Below, piece after piece: positions 10,751 through 22,809 of a stretch of 64,000 nucleotides of DNA (position 1 is its first letter; the number at the start of each line of letters is the position of its first letter). The position numbers were made by a program, and so were the translations under genes. The stretch is from Takakia lepidozioides (taxonomy: Eukaryota > Plantae > Bryophyta). Location of the stretch: the NCBI GenBank assembly GCA_030704615.1, contig CM060734.1:59706001-59770000 (forward strand), written 5' to 3'. A model generated the notes under the pieces. The model was not told where the DNA came from. It worked only from the letters and a program-made list of their open reading frames with translations, and did no database searches.

Positions 10751-13700
10751 CAACCACGGGACGCGTCCTCTACCTCTAAGCCCACTGGACTTAAGGTTGC
10801 AGTTACGGAGGACAATTGGGAGCCTGATATTGGACCCATTGTCACCGGAGGAGAGAGACGACGTATACGGCGGTTCCTGAGGGCTTACAGGAATTGCTTT
10901 GCCTTCAGTTTGAAGGACTTGGGAGCACTGAAGGGTCAAGAGATCCGTATTGAGTTGGCCACTGACACGCCAATCTTTCGGAGACCCTATAGATACAGTG
11001 ACATGGAGAGGTCTTTGATTCAGATGAGGACTCAAGATCTCTGGGAGGCAGGTTTGGTGGAGCTCTCTGGTGGAGAGTATGCTTCAGCCACAGTGATGCC
11101 AGCTAAGAAGGATGTCTATGGCAATTGGACGGAGAGACGTATGTGCGGTGATTACCGGCCTGTAAATCGTCAGACCAAGTCCGATAGGTATGCCATGCCA
11201 ACACCAGAGGAGATCTTTGATGCCATTGGGCATTCCAAGGTCTTTAGCACGTTGGATTTACGATCCGGATATCACCAGTTGCCGATCAAGGAGGCGGATA
11301 AGCAAAAGACGGCATTCTGGGGGATCAATGAGCACGGGAAGGATTGCCTATACCAGTGGCGGTTCTTACCATTTGGGCTTAAAAACGCTCCCGCTGAGTT
11401 TCAAAGAGTCATGGACAGGATTCTAGCAGGGGTGGAGTTTGCTCGGTGCTACATAGATGACATCATCATCTTTAGTGCTACGGTGGAGGAGCATGAGAGA
11501 CACCTTCAGGGGGTATTTGAGCGCTTGAGGACGCACGGATTGAAGTTACATCCGGGCAAGTGCAAGTTTTTCCACAACCAGATTGAGTATCTGGGTCACA
11601 TGATATATCCTGGAGGATTGGGGGTACAGCAGACTAAGGTAGAGTCCATTGCACAGGTTCCACGCCCCACGGATGTGAGCCGAGTTCGAGCTTTCATGGG
11701 GTTAGCAAACTATTACAGACGGTTTGTTAAGGGATTTAGTGCCATTGCAAAGGCTCTAACCAAGCTGACCAAGGTGGACCAGGAGTGGCAGTGGGAAGAT
11801 GAGCAAGAACAAGCTTTTCAAGAGCTCAAGGCGAGGTTGACCTCGGCGCCCATCTTGAGACGACCTATCAGGGGGCGTCCTTTTCAGCTGCATACAGATT
11901 GGAGCATGCTGGGGCTTGGAGCGGTGCTCACACAGGTGGATGATGAGGGAAGAGAGTTCGTAGTGGCTTATGCTAGCCGCTCGAACAATGCTGCAGAGTC
12001 TAAGTATAGCTCATATGAGGGAGAATGCTTAGCTGCAGTGTGGGCCGTGGCACACTTCAGGTGCTATTATACGGCAATCTCTTCACCCTTGTCACGGATC
12101 ACCAACCACTCAAGTGGTTGAAGGAGTCAGACAAGCTTACGGGGAAGCTTGCACGGTGGGCACTCATCCTTCAAGAGTATGACTTTCAGGTGGTGCATCG
12201 ACCGGGTTTGGTCAATCGAAATGCAGATGGGTTGAGTCGCAATCCATGCACGAGCCAGCAGGATGACACTGGAGCTCGGTGGCATGGTGAGACGGACGAG
12301 GAGATGGTGCCCGGATGGCATGCATCTGCATTTCTGTGTATCTTGGCAGCGGAAGGCCAGGTTGGACCTACAACAGGGATGACTGTAGATCAAGTGTCTG
12401 AGGACCCTGAGGCCAGCAATGAGCAGGGTGGCGCCAAAGATATACATGAGGATTCAGTTGTGTTGGACTACCTCCGCAGTGGAGACACGGCAGCCACTAT
12501 GACTGCCAAGGAGAGGGATCGGATCCTACAACGAGCCAAGAGGTTCAGGTGGGAGGGGACACACCTGCTCCGAGTGTGGGAGGATGGTCGAGTGAGGATT
12601 GTGCCTCACCCAACACAGCGGGCACGGTTAGTGCGGCATGCCCATGAGGAGTTGGGGCATTTTGGGGTGCGACGCACTCATAGTCTACTGCAGGGGCAGT
12701 ATTGGTGGCGTGGTATGCACACAGAGGTACAACACTTTGTGGCTAGGTGCATGGTGTGTGACAGGGTGCGTGCTTCATTCAACGCCCCTACTCCACAATT
12801 GCACCCTCTTCCGATCATGGGATTGGGCTACAGGTGGAGTCTTGACTTCGCAGGGCCGTTGCCACTGACCATGCGCCACAACAAGTACGTGTTGGTGATG
12901 GTGGAGCACTTCTCCAAGTGGATTGAATTGGTTCCATTGCCTGATAAGGCTAGTGAGGGAGCTGCGTATGCATTCCTGGATTGTGTGCTTAGCCGATTCG
13001 GTGCTCCAGCTGAGGTACTCACGGACCAAGGGAGAGAGTTCTTGGGGGAGTTTCAGGCTTTGTGTGACAAAGCCTTGATAGACCACCGCACCACTTCTCG
13101 GGATCATCCTGAAGCCGATGGCTTGGCAGAGAGAGTTGTTCAGACAGTAAAGAGGGGTTTGCGCAAGTATGGCTTGCAGAAGGGACACCTAGGAGATTGG
13201 GACCTTCAGTTACCCTGGTTAGCCATGGGCTACAGGTTCAGCAAGCAAGCATCACTTGCCTCTTTCTCACCATACTTTCTTCTCTTTGGCCGAGAGCCGG
13301 ATTTGCCTACATCCATTCGCAGAGAAGCTGCTACAGTTCTTAACCTTGACGATCCGGACGTGTGGGCACGTGCATGTGAGCAGCGTGCAGAGTTGTTCAA
13401 GAGAGTCATGCCCATGGCTTTCGAGAACCTTGCCATTGCACAACACCGTGATACGTTGAGGTATGCTACCATACGTGGTGGGGGCTATCGTCCTGGGGTT
13501 CGGAGATTCAACCCTGGTGACTATGTCTATCTGCAGCAGACTGCTCCTACGACCCTGGATGTGACTGCAGGACGTGTTATTTTGAGGGTTCGAGAGGTCT
13601 TGCCCTCAGGCGTCTTGGTCTTGGAGGGTCGGGATGGCATCACTTGGAAGGACCATGTGCGTAATTGTGCGCCATGTCACCTTCCGAATGTCGATGGCAG

Positions 13701-13884
13701 GATTGACCCAAACCTGGCAGTGGTATCTGCAGGTTTGAGGTGCATGTTGTGTGGGTCTGCTAAAGGGGCAGCCACCATGCTGGTATGTGATCGGTGCTCT
13801 AGAGGTTGGCATATGGGATGCTTGACTCCACCTCTTGAGATGGTTCCGGATGGGGATTGGTTATGTCCACATTGCATTGGATAG
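10751..13884 (+). CDS. RT, RNase H, DDE integrase and C-terminal PHD finger; in frame behind the TAG at 10748; 1-bp frameshift near 12065
   Basis: LPFGLKNAP, YIDD; HTDWS, YASR; HEELGH…CMVC, SLDFAGP, TDQG, GLAER. PHD CMLC…CDRC…WHMGC…WLCPHC at ~13741-13876. Confidence 0.93.
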
Positions 13885-14133
13885 TGGGAGTGGATACAAC
13901 CATGGGAGGTTAACAAGAAACGCAAGACCCAGCTACTAGGAGACCTTGAACACACGAGATCTTGGCTCAAGTTCATAGATTGCAAGACGGCGACTAACGA
14001 TGGGGCTACTCTTGTACCCGGCCTCTTGGTCTATAGAGTTTGAGTACAATAGGGACAGTGATAGAGGACTTAGTACGGCTGTGGCTATTACATCTTGTAG
14101 CTATCTGGAGGTAGAGGGACCTATCCACCAGCT

Positions 14134-14140
14134 AGGGGGG
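14134..14140 (+). promoter_or_regulatory. Polypurine tract
   Basis: AGGGGGG four nt before repeat B1. Confidence 0.65.
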
Positions 14141-14144
14141 CGAT

Positions 14145-14230
14145 TGTGGCAGACTACTTTATTGTGCATATATGTGTAGGTGTGGTTTGGACAGCGATGT
14201 AGTTGTGTAGCGATATGTATGCGCACGACA
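14145..14230 (+). repeat. Terminal repeat B1 (86 bp, TG…CA)
   Basis: Identical to 14581-14666. Confidence 0.95.
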
Positions 14231-14232
14231 GC

Positions 14233-14579
14233 TGTCAAGTTAAATAAGCACAGTGTGAAAACAGCTAGAATAAAACTAGTTATTTGTATTTAACACTTGG
14301 ATTTAGGTCAAGTGTTAAATCAGGTGTCAAGTTTAGTTTGACACCTGGTCCGTCTTATCTTCACGAGAGAGGCAGTCGCGCGGCTCATCTTTCTCGAGTT
14401 GAGCCTGCGCGACCGAGCTCCTGCATCGTTTAGGATTGAGAGTGCTTATGATGGGAGTGTAGGTTGTTGTGGGGTGGAGTCCCCATAGCTTGGGGTGCCC
14501 CTGGCTCGACTACTATTTCAAAGAGTGATGGTTTTGGTTTTCATGCTTTGCATCGTGTGTGTCCTTAGCTTTCTTATCA
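14233..14579 (+). repeat. Terminal repeat A2
   Basis: Identical to 3364-3710. Confidence 0.95.
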
Positions 14580-14580
14580 T

Positions 14581-14666
14581 TGTGGCAGACTACTTTATTG
14601 TGCATATATGTGTAGGTGTGGTTTGGACAGCGATGTAGTTGTGTAGCGATATGTATGCGCACGACA
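14581..14666 (+). repeat. Terminal repeat B2
   Basis: Identical to 14145-14230; followed by the TCAA TSD. Confidence 0.95.
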
Positions 14667-15395
14667 TCAAAGTTACAATAATAACTTTTTCAGGCTGTCT
14701 TTCAGGAAAGGCAGCGGTGGATCTTCAGGAGATACAGTCATTTCTGGCGAGTCTGTTTTCGACAGCCCCCTTTCCAATTTTCTGCTTCCTGTTTATGCCG
14801 AAGCAATGGCACTTCACGCGGCCGAGTCCCTATCCCCTGACTTTTTAGTGGCCAGCCGTAGGTGTATCCAGCGTGGATCCGGTGTTCTAAAATACTTAGA
14901 CTTAGATGCAAAGGAAGAGGGGATACATTGTACTGACTCTGAGTCAGACTGAACTGTATTGCATCAGGCTCCTTGGAAGCCAAGGTTACTATGTTTCGTT
15001 GATACTCTTCGTCAGTCAAAGGCGCCAGCATCTCAGCGTTATTGTTCAAGTATTTCATATGTTGTTCTTGAAAGGTCGTGTGCTCAGGTGGGCAGTCAAG
15101 GTACCACCCACAGTCTCTGAAGTGAGAATGACTCCAGTCCTTCAATATCCCTGCAGTATACATGGTTGGATCGTTTGCAGGGTCCGACCACATGTCAAGA
15201 TAGTCTGGAATTCCGCTCAGGTGATTTCCTTCCATAAGCACATATTTCGTGTACCTGAAAAAAGGAGATAAATCCCAACCCACAAAAGCGCTCAGTGAGT
15301 AAGATGCAAGTAGAACAGAAAGAATAAAACATAGATTGAAATGGCTCTGACAACTGCTCCAGGACCTTTCAGGACCACACTACTGCTCCAGATAT

Positions 15396-16114
15396 GAATG
15401 TCGTCAACGCCATTCAGAACATTCCATTCAATGCACTGTAAATACATCCTAATTCAGGTGAATGCAAATAATCGTTTAGAAATGACACAGACATAGAAAT
15501 GAATGTCGTCAACGACATTCAAGAATGAAGCCAAATTATTACTTAAATGAAGCAAAATCACAGGATGGAAATCAAAAAATTGAGTAAGGAACCCTCCAGG
15601 CAAACTCAATGCACATTCATAACGAACCTATCACTGAGGACCTCACAACATCACTGTAAGTGAATGGCGTCAACGCCATTCACAAAATACAAAAAAGAAA
15701 CCAATTACTTAGCTCCCCAATCCATGTAAATTGAATTGTCGCTGTTGAATAATACAGACACAGCTGTGAATGTCGTCAACGACATTCACTTTGGATTTCT
15801 TAAAACAGAGCTTATCAAGCCTCCACATTCATCGCAAGAGGCAAAAACAATGCAGAACAACTGAATGTCTGCATTGACATTCAGCAAAATGAAGTGAGGA
15901 ACCCTCACTGTAACCTCTATGGACATTACAAAAATTTAAATAACTCTGAGGACCTCTCAACAACTCCGTATGTGAATGTCGTCAACGCCATTCAAGGACA
16001 TTATCAATTCTAATCAGGGACAATATAATTGCACCCTTAGATCCTAACCAGGTGAATTCATATACTCGCTTAAGAATGACTTAGACAAAGAAGTGAATGT
16101 CGTCAACGACATTC
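15396..16114. repeat. Array of seven 20-bp palindromes GAATGTCGT-CA-ACGACATTC inside an intron
   Basis: Copies start at 15396, 15501, 15662, 15768, 15863 (variant), 15974 and 16095. Confidence 0.9.
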
Positions 16115-17986
16115 AATCTGGATCTAAGATTGCAATCCATATGAAGCCACATTTTTTCCCAAAAAAACAGTAGAGTTTCAAGTATGACATTGCACCTGTA
16201 CACAACTCGCATCATGGCCCACTCTCCTCCAACCTGACTGTCAAAGTCGTTGGACCGTAAAATGTTACCATCTTTGGAGAACTCCCGGAAAAAACAGTAT
16301 CTCCACGTGAGACCTCTCCACTTCCTTATGTATGCCTCCAATGACATTTGGGGAGGGGAAACAATCGCAATGTTCAGGTCCTTCAAAGTCTGATCCAGCA
16401 CAATGACGGCGCTCTTTTCGAGCTGCAAATAGTATATTTGTCAGAATTGCAAAAAAGATACACATCACATACTTGAAGAGAAGAAACAGCATGTTCGAAT
16501 ACACACCTGACTCCAAAATGTAGCCTTGTTGAGCCAGTTATCAAAGACCAAATCACTGATTCCTTCCACCTTTGTGCCAGGCTGTATGGTGCTCTTTGGG
16601 AACTGATTCAAGTCCTTTACTGTTTGATCTGAGTTCCATATCTCCAGCCACCTTATTTTGTTGTGGGTCGACCATCGATATGGCCAGCCGGTGCAATTTC
16701 TCCTGCTGCATCTCCGGATGCACATGCTTGTCATAGTGTGTTTTGATCTGCTGAAGGAACTCAGGACCAAGTCCAGGATCTACTATTCTAAGCTGCTTTC
16801 CGAAGGCTGACATCAATTTGGTTCTTCGCATTTCAAACTCCTTCTTTATTGCAGCTTCCACCTCTTTTGATGTCCTTAGTTCTTCTGGTGTAGTGCGGTA
16901 ATATTCGGATTTTCCCTTCTTAGCTGCCTCTGCCAGTTCTTGCTGCATTCATTCAAGTAGTGATTAGCTCCGAAGGGACTACAAACATGTATTCGAAAAG
17001 TAAATAGATTACAGACTCGGGCTTACCGCATACATGTACTCCAGAAACGCCTCTCGTGTCAAAGAATACCAAGTGCCTACAGCTCTTCCTGTTTCGCACT
17101 TCTTGATGATATTGGGTGGTAGTACTGTCCGAAAATCATCCAGCTTCATCAGACCAATCCTCTGAATTCGGAATAGTGTGTGAACCAAGCTTGTTGTCAC
17201 ATGCGATTTCTCTGTCGATCTGCAAAAACATTGGAAACATTGCATTCCTTAACACTGTTTTTTGAGGATTAACAAGACACTACAGAGGGAATGAAATCTC
17301 CTGGATGACTTACTTGTTCACGTCGTGCATAGCTGTAAGAAGCCTAGCGATGTCGTTTCCTGGATCCAAAACCATTGCCTCCACAGCAACATGCTTGTCT
17401 TTGTCTTTCGAATGGTGTTTCTGAATGTATCCCATCCATGCCAGCAATCGGTGGTTGCCGTCCCAGACGTAGAACATGTGTTGCAGAATTGCTGGGTGTT
17501 CTTTCCCATCATGAGGCCCAGCTCGAACTCCTCATTGGCATCTTTCCAGCACTCATCCCAGTTATCACTGATCTCTGGAGACACTAATGTGCTTTTCCCA
17601 TTTATATCCGTCAGTGACACATAAAAAAACTTGTGCACCAAGTCTATATCCATGCACAAAATCACTCTCCAATTTTGTTATGTCATGGGAAAGAGGTGGA
17701 CGCACAACAGGCATTGATATCATCCGGCACAGAGGTATGTCCAGACGCCCTCCAGATACGAGCATGTCCCTTATAACCTCCTGAGAGTTTACCTTCTGGA
17801 ATGACATGAGTTCTTTCACCTTGTCAAGGTAGTGCACTTCGGATTCATCTGCTTCATCTGTATTCTCTGAGCTTTTTGCGGACTCGTCCCCATCTCCAGA
17901 TCCTTTCCCCTCTGATCCTGTAGGCTTCGACCTCACAGTTTTCTGCACGATGCCATTCAGTTCTGACTGAGTGATTTGCAAATAGT

Positions 17987-18303
17987 GAATGGCGGTAACG
18001 ACCATCACTCTGTATCAAGGAAACTCACCATGAATGCTGTGAAAGAATTCAGCACAATCTACACATGCAAAGCCGAGACTGCCGTATTCAAAACAAAAGC
18101 GAGAGCGATAGCGAACGGCGTTAACGACAATCACAAAAGATAACGACCTGCCGGATCGGTGTTGTGTAATGACATACATGTGTAACTGATTGGCGGCAAC
18201 GACATTCAGTGTAGTTTAGGGAGAATAGTAAGTGCAGACTCTCTCTTCAAACACATAGGTGCATAAATCTCATGAGGAGAATCGAATGGCGTTAACGACG
18301 CTC
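17987..18303. repeat. Four degenerate copies of the same palindrome in the first intron
   Basis: Copies start at 17987, 18113, 18188 and 18284. Confidence 0.7.
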
Positions 18304-19233
18304 GCGATTCAGTAGTTCCTGCTAAAGAATGGAAGAGGAAGGACTCCTTGAAAGGCAATCAGACAGACTATATGATAAAACTTACTGGCACCTTCTTAGG
18401 TTTTGAAATTTGATCCCCTTTTGCAGCTTTCCCTTCCCTCCACATCTGCTGGAGTTTCTGTCTGCGCAAGGGTTTCTTGACCTTCTCCAGGTTCGGCGTT
18501 CCGCGTGCTTCCACCTTCTTCAGTGTCCCTGCGAATCATCTCTCCCTCCACAGGCTGGCGCACTCTTATCGCCGACTGTGTCGCAGCCGCTGCCTCAGTC
18601 TCCGTCTGCTCTTGTGAATCAGTCTCCGCGTTCACCTGCTGCCTTGGCCCTGTGTTCTCCAACAAACGACGCCTCGTCATTTTCTCTCTTGCTCTGCGTC
18701 TCTCTCTAAGTGAAGTAAAATAAAGAGACTTTCTTTTCATTCGTATTCTAGAAGGAACCCTCTCCAGCTTGACTACCACTCTCCCTCTAAGCGCGAAAAG
18801 TAGAAAAACGCAGTGACTCCCGATTTCTTGCGGGATTGCCTGCGTTCTTGCGTGTCTCTAGAAGCATCGGATTCCCTCCCGCGTGACCGTTACACATAGT
18901 CGTTTCCTTATTAGTGCACATGCCAGCAATTGGTGTACAGCTATTCATATTCAGTTATGGATGTCTGACGTGTGCCGCCCAAAAAAAACGGCGTGTTCTT
19001 TATTATAACGGGTTCAATATTTAAAAAGAACAGCAAATCCCAGAAATTGATGCGCAGTCTTAAACAAATAAATATAAATGAACAAGAGTTTGATGACAAA
19101 TTTTGGAATATCATGCACGGTCATCCTTGTTAGCCAAACCCCACATTCGTTTCACATTTGGAACTTTCCAGGTGCGCATGATCATTGGTAGTAGTATATA
19201 GATACATTTACTTAATCTGCAATCCCATTCTCA

Positions 19234-22200
19234 GATCCTGTGGCATGCTTCCAGGAAGTCGGCTTTGTTATTGGGTTTATTGATGAGGTTCTGATTAACG
19301 GTTTAACAGTTGCCGACACTGCCCCTAGGGATACTCTGACCACTGGGCCCACAAGAAAAGTAATTAAAATGGACGGCTGCATATCTAGAATGAATAACAG
19401 AATATGCACAGTCGTTATCTGAGTCGTTATCGTTGATGGCGATATCCTATTCGAGCTGCCTCCTCCTCCGCGAGTTGGAGGTGTAACAATCATGATGCAT
19501 GGAATGGACAAGAAACACGACGGGCACCCGTGGTGCAGAACAAAAACATCCAATATTCAGAATGATGACAAGCTTGTTTTCAAGAGGACAGTTTGCAATG
19601 GACACCTTAGGTGTGATAATTTGAATTGCAGACACTTTCTTCAGTCTGGGGTTCATAATCAAAGCGAATGGGAGGGTCTGGCGGAAAATCCATTTCAGCC
19701 TGGGACTGCCCCTCCACCGGCAAACACTTTCGTCTGCAAATTCTGCAAACTTGTGCCATCCTGCTTGGCGCTCTGCGGAGCAAGAATGTACTATGTTGTC
19801 CACCGTTTGAATACAATGACGAGAGCTTGTGTGCATTTTGGATTCCATAACCATCCTGTCTCGAAGGGGGATTACAGGGAGAGTGTTGAGACAGTATCGA
19901 GGTTGATCAAACAGAAGTTCGGGAGAAACCCATCCGCAACAACATCTGCAATTGCTCTTGGCGCAAGCAAGTCCTTCTTGGAAAGCAATATTTTGAGTGA
20001 AGGAGATTCTGTGGGGACTAAACTTGACGGTGCAGCATTGGACCTGGTCATGGATCATTTCTCCACTTTAAGTTCACCTAACATTCGGCATCAGATCAAT
20101 GCATTGAGAATGGGCTCTGGGATCAGATGCTACATAGACAATATTTTGGAATTGAAACGAGTGAGCAAGTACGATTACATCCAGGACAATGTATTCCCAG
20201 GTCAAGGTGCCATCAAAGTTTTTCTTTTCAAAATGTCGTCTGTTGGGGAGGGCAGTGGGGTTAGCCTCGTGAAGCGGATGCAGAAGACTGGGGACTTGCA
20301 GAACTGTTTTCTTATGTTTGATCATGTGAAACGAGTGAAGGATTGGACGACAATGGCTTGTCATGTCTACGATCCAGTGTACCAATGAGTTATGACAATT
20401 GCAGTTTGTGACATGCAATCCGAGGATACGGAATCCCAGAAGCTCATGTGGAATTCCCTGATACGTGTCATGGGCTGCCATGGGCTGCCATCTCCAAATT
20501 TCGCAAGTTTCATGGCGGATAGTGCTCAAGCAAATTTCAATGCTGTTCGTATTGTCTTCGGATCGGGCGACCCAAAAGTGCCTATGCCAGGAAGAGAGCG
20601 TACATGTCTATTCCATTGGACACAATCTCTGGAAAAACATACAAAGTCGGACATCAAACCAGAGATGCAGACTCAGCACCGTAAATTGTGCAAAGAGTAC
20701 AAAGATGCTAGAACAATGAAGGAGGCGGACACTTTGTTCCAGACAATTCGTGCCTGGTGGTTCTCTTCTGGAGCTGCATCACTTGAGAGTATGAGAGCAT
20801 TAGAAGATTGGCTGGCGTTTTGGCACTTCCGGTATAGACAGTGGGGAGCAGCCATGACAATGGTACGAGGCTTCTATTTCATGCTTTATTCATACATTTG
20901 CTTTCCATATTTTTTACTTTCTTTATGTTGTTTCCTGTGCACTATTCTGAAGTGTGGTTATCCTCTTTGCAGAACATGTCCATTGAGGAAATGGCGGACA
21001 TGCCATCTTGCAATTTGGCAGAAACTGTGCACAATGCATGGTTGCAGCAGTCTGGGAAACGAGGTCGGGATTTGTATGTGGCAACAACAGATGATTTGAT
21101 ACGTGCCTTGCAACAACAAACCCGATACCGTGATTTCTTACGAGGTGGGGTTGGTGGCAAGGGTCCGGACAAATGGGAGTTGATGTTGCGTGCTGCAAAC
21201 AGATCTGGGGATCCAATCAAGATAGCACGGGCGGTGAGCATGTATGCCCAGGGAACGCCACTTGTTTCTAAAGTTCCACATCTTGAAGGGGAGGAGAGAT
21301 TCGGCTCCTGTAAGAGGAAATTGAACACTCCACCTGGTTCGGATTTAGATTCCCACAGGGCAGACCGTGATAACTTCTCGAAGCCTCGTGTTCCCCTGCA
21401 TGACAGCTCCATGTCCGGAACCTCCATTGTGGAGGAACCTCCAACACGACGGCAAGCTCCAGCATCAAACCGTGCCACTGAAATGGTGCAGGAGAGAAAC
21501 AACCCCCTTGATGTGCTTGAGTCCGCATGCCCCGACCACGTTTGGCACATAGAACGCACAAGTGTCGGGTCTCGTGTGAAATGTACAGCGATCAGGGCAA
21601 CTAATTTCGAGAAGTGCACTTCATCTATATCCAGAGGTGGTGCCCGAACTCCTGCTCCGACTTTCACGGGCTTGATGCGTCCATACGGTCAACCAGAAGC
21701 CAAGAACCACAAGTTCTGGTTCTGCGCAGATGATTGTGCCAGATGTGTGCATGGAACTGTGCGTCCTTCCGTAGTGATGAAGCCATCTCCTCCAACCGTT
21801 TGGCCCGTGAAGGTGGGAACACATCTCAGCTTTCAGGAGATTGAAATGCTGGAGGAGGCAGGTTTTTCCCTTGCGAGACAACCCCAACTCCATGCATGTG
21901 CTACTACTTCTGCGTCCTCCCGGGTCCCCCCGGCAAATCCTGACTTGTGGCCAACCAAACGAGATGGAAAGCTCGTTCGGCCTTTCCCTCCAACCGCTGA
22001 ACACTTTGGCAAAGTGGAGTCCGCAAGAATGCTCCAAGCTCGTGTCGGAAGCACCACGGAAGTACCCGATCCAGGATATGATCGGGTATTCACAATCATC
22101 ACTTCCACATCTGCTGTTCATGACAGGACCTACGACATCACGGTTTCCAATTTCCCCAATTGCACATGTCCTGATTTTGTGAATATGCTATCAACCAGTT

Positions 22201-22358
22201 TGGGCAAGAGAGGTAAATTCATACCCTGCAAACATTTGTATTTCATATTGTTGAGGAGGATGGTTTGCGATCCCAAACGTGACAACTTCATTCACCAGGC
22301 CACTATGAGTTTCAACGAGGTCGATACTCTTTTGCAGCGGGATACAACACATGGGTAG
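19234..22358 (+). pseudogene. MULE-type transposase with a GCM-like N-terminal zinc domain, DDE core and C-terminal SWIM; two in-frame TGA stops
   Basis: DGHPWCRTKTSN…FKRTVCNGHLRCDNLNC…CKFC…C…H.G.HNHP; FLMFDHVKR, FMADSAQA, CLFH, NLAETVH; CTCPDF…CKHLY. Intron 20863-20972 restores the frame. TGA at 19420 and 20386. Confidence 0.85.
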
Positions 22359-22809
22359 CATGAACTATGTAATGTGGTATGTGGATGACCATGATTTGAA
22401 ATGTGTAATTCACATCAATTCGTCGGCTGTGCAATGATATGGCCTCCAACTATACGGAGTGAGGTCTGAGTGACAACTTTTAGGTAGTGCACATTTGTCA
22501 TTGCACCGTTCGAAGTCTACATGTCTTGCTGTCGCTATGCACTACAATCATCTTTTGAAGATGATCATAACTCTCATTGTTATTTGAGGAGGGAGGAAGT
22601 CTTCTCGTGGCAGCCTTTATGGCGCACACTTTGTGAGGATATTTTGTCGTCTTCGTAATTGTAAAAGTGAAACAAGCATTTGTAATTGCACAATGTTGGA
22701 TGCTGCAATTGTAGGCCTCAACGCTCGTCTTGATTCTATTTAGGCAAGATTCCCTGCATTAATTCCACGGTCATAGGACCATCCACGGTTATAGGCGGCG
22801 CATGTTAAT

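Larger units (their letters stand above)
3364..14666 (+). mobile_element. Ty3/Gypsy retrotransposon carrying a DNMT3-like methyltransferase and a PHD finger, with split terminal repeats A…B-A-B
   Basis: TGTC…GACA ends; TCAA TSD at 3360-3363 and 14667-14670; domain order gag-PR-MTase-RT-RH-IN-PHD; repeat copies identical by eye. Confidence 0.93.
14738..18680 (-). pseudogene. Multi-exon ParB/Srx-fold protein gene (MULE cargo 2), two frameshifts in the ParB region
   Basis: ATG at 18680 (MTRRRLLEN). Approximate exons: 18386-18680, 17314-17965, 17027-17219, 16507-16978, 16196-16422, 14738-15254. LDIPLCRMISMPVVRPPLSHDITKLESDFVHGY is followed, in a frame missing from the ORF track, by MFYVWDGNHRLLAW (DGNHR at 17448-17462). 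Confidence 0.72.

Noticed and set aside
3364-14666. DIRS/Ngaro tyrosine-recombinase element, suggested by the split repeats
   Set aside because: No tyrosine-recombinase motif was recognised, while a DDE integrase, a protease and a TSD are present.
15396-16114. CRISPR-like array of palindromic repeats with spacers
   Set aside because: It lies in a eukaryotic intron, the repeats are only 20 bp, the spacers are 75-141 bp and partly duplicated, and there are no cas genes.
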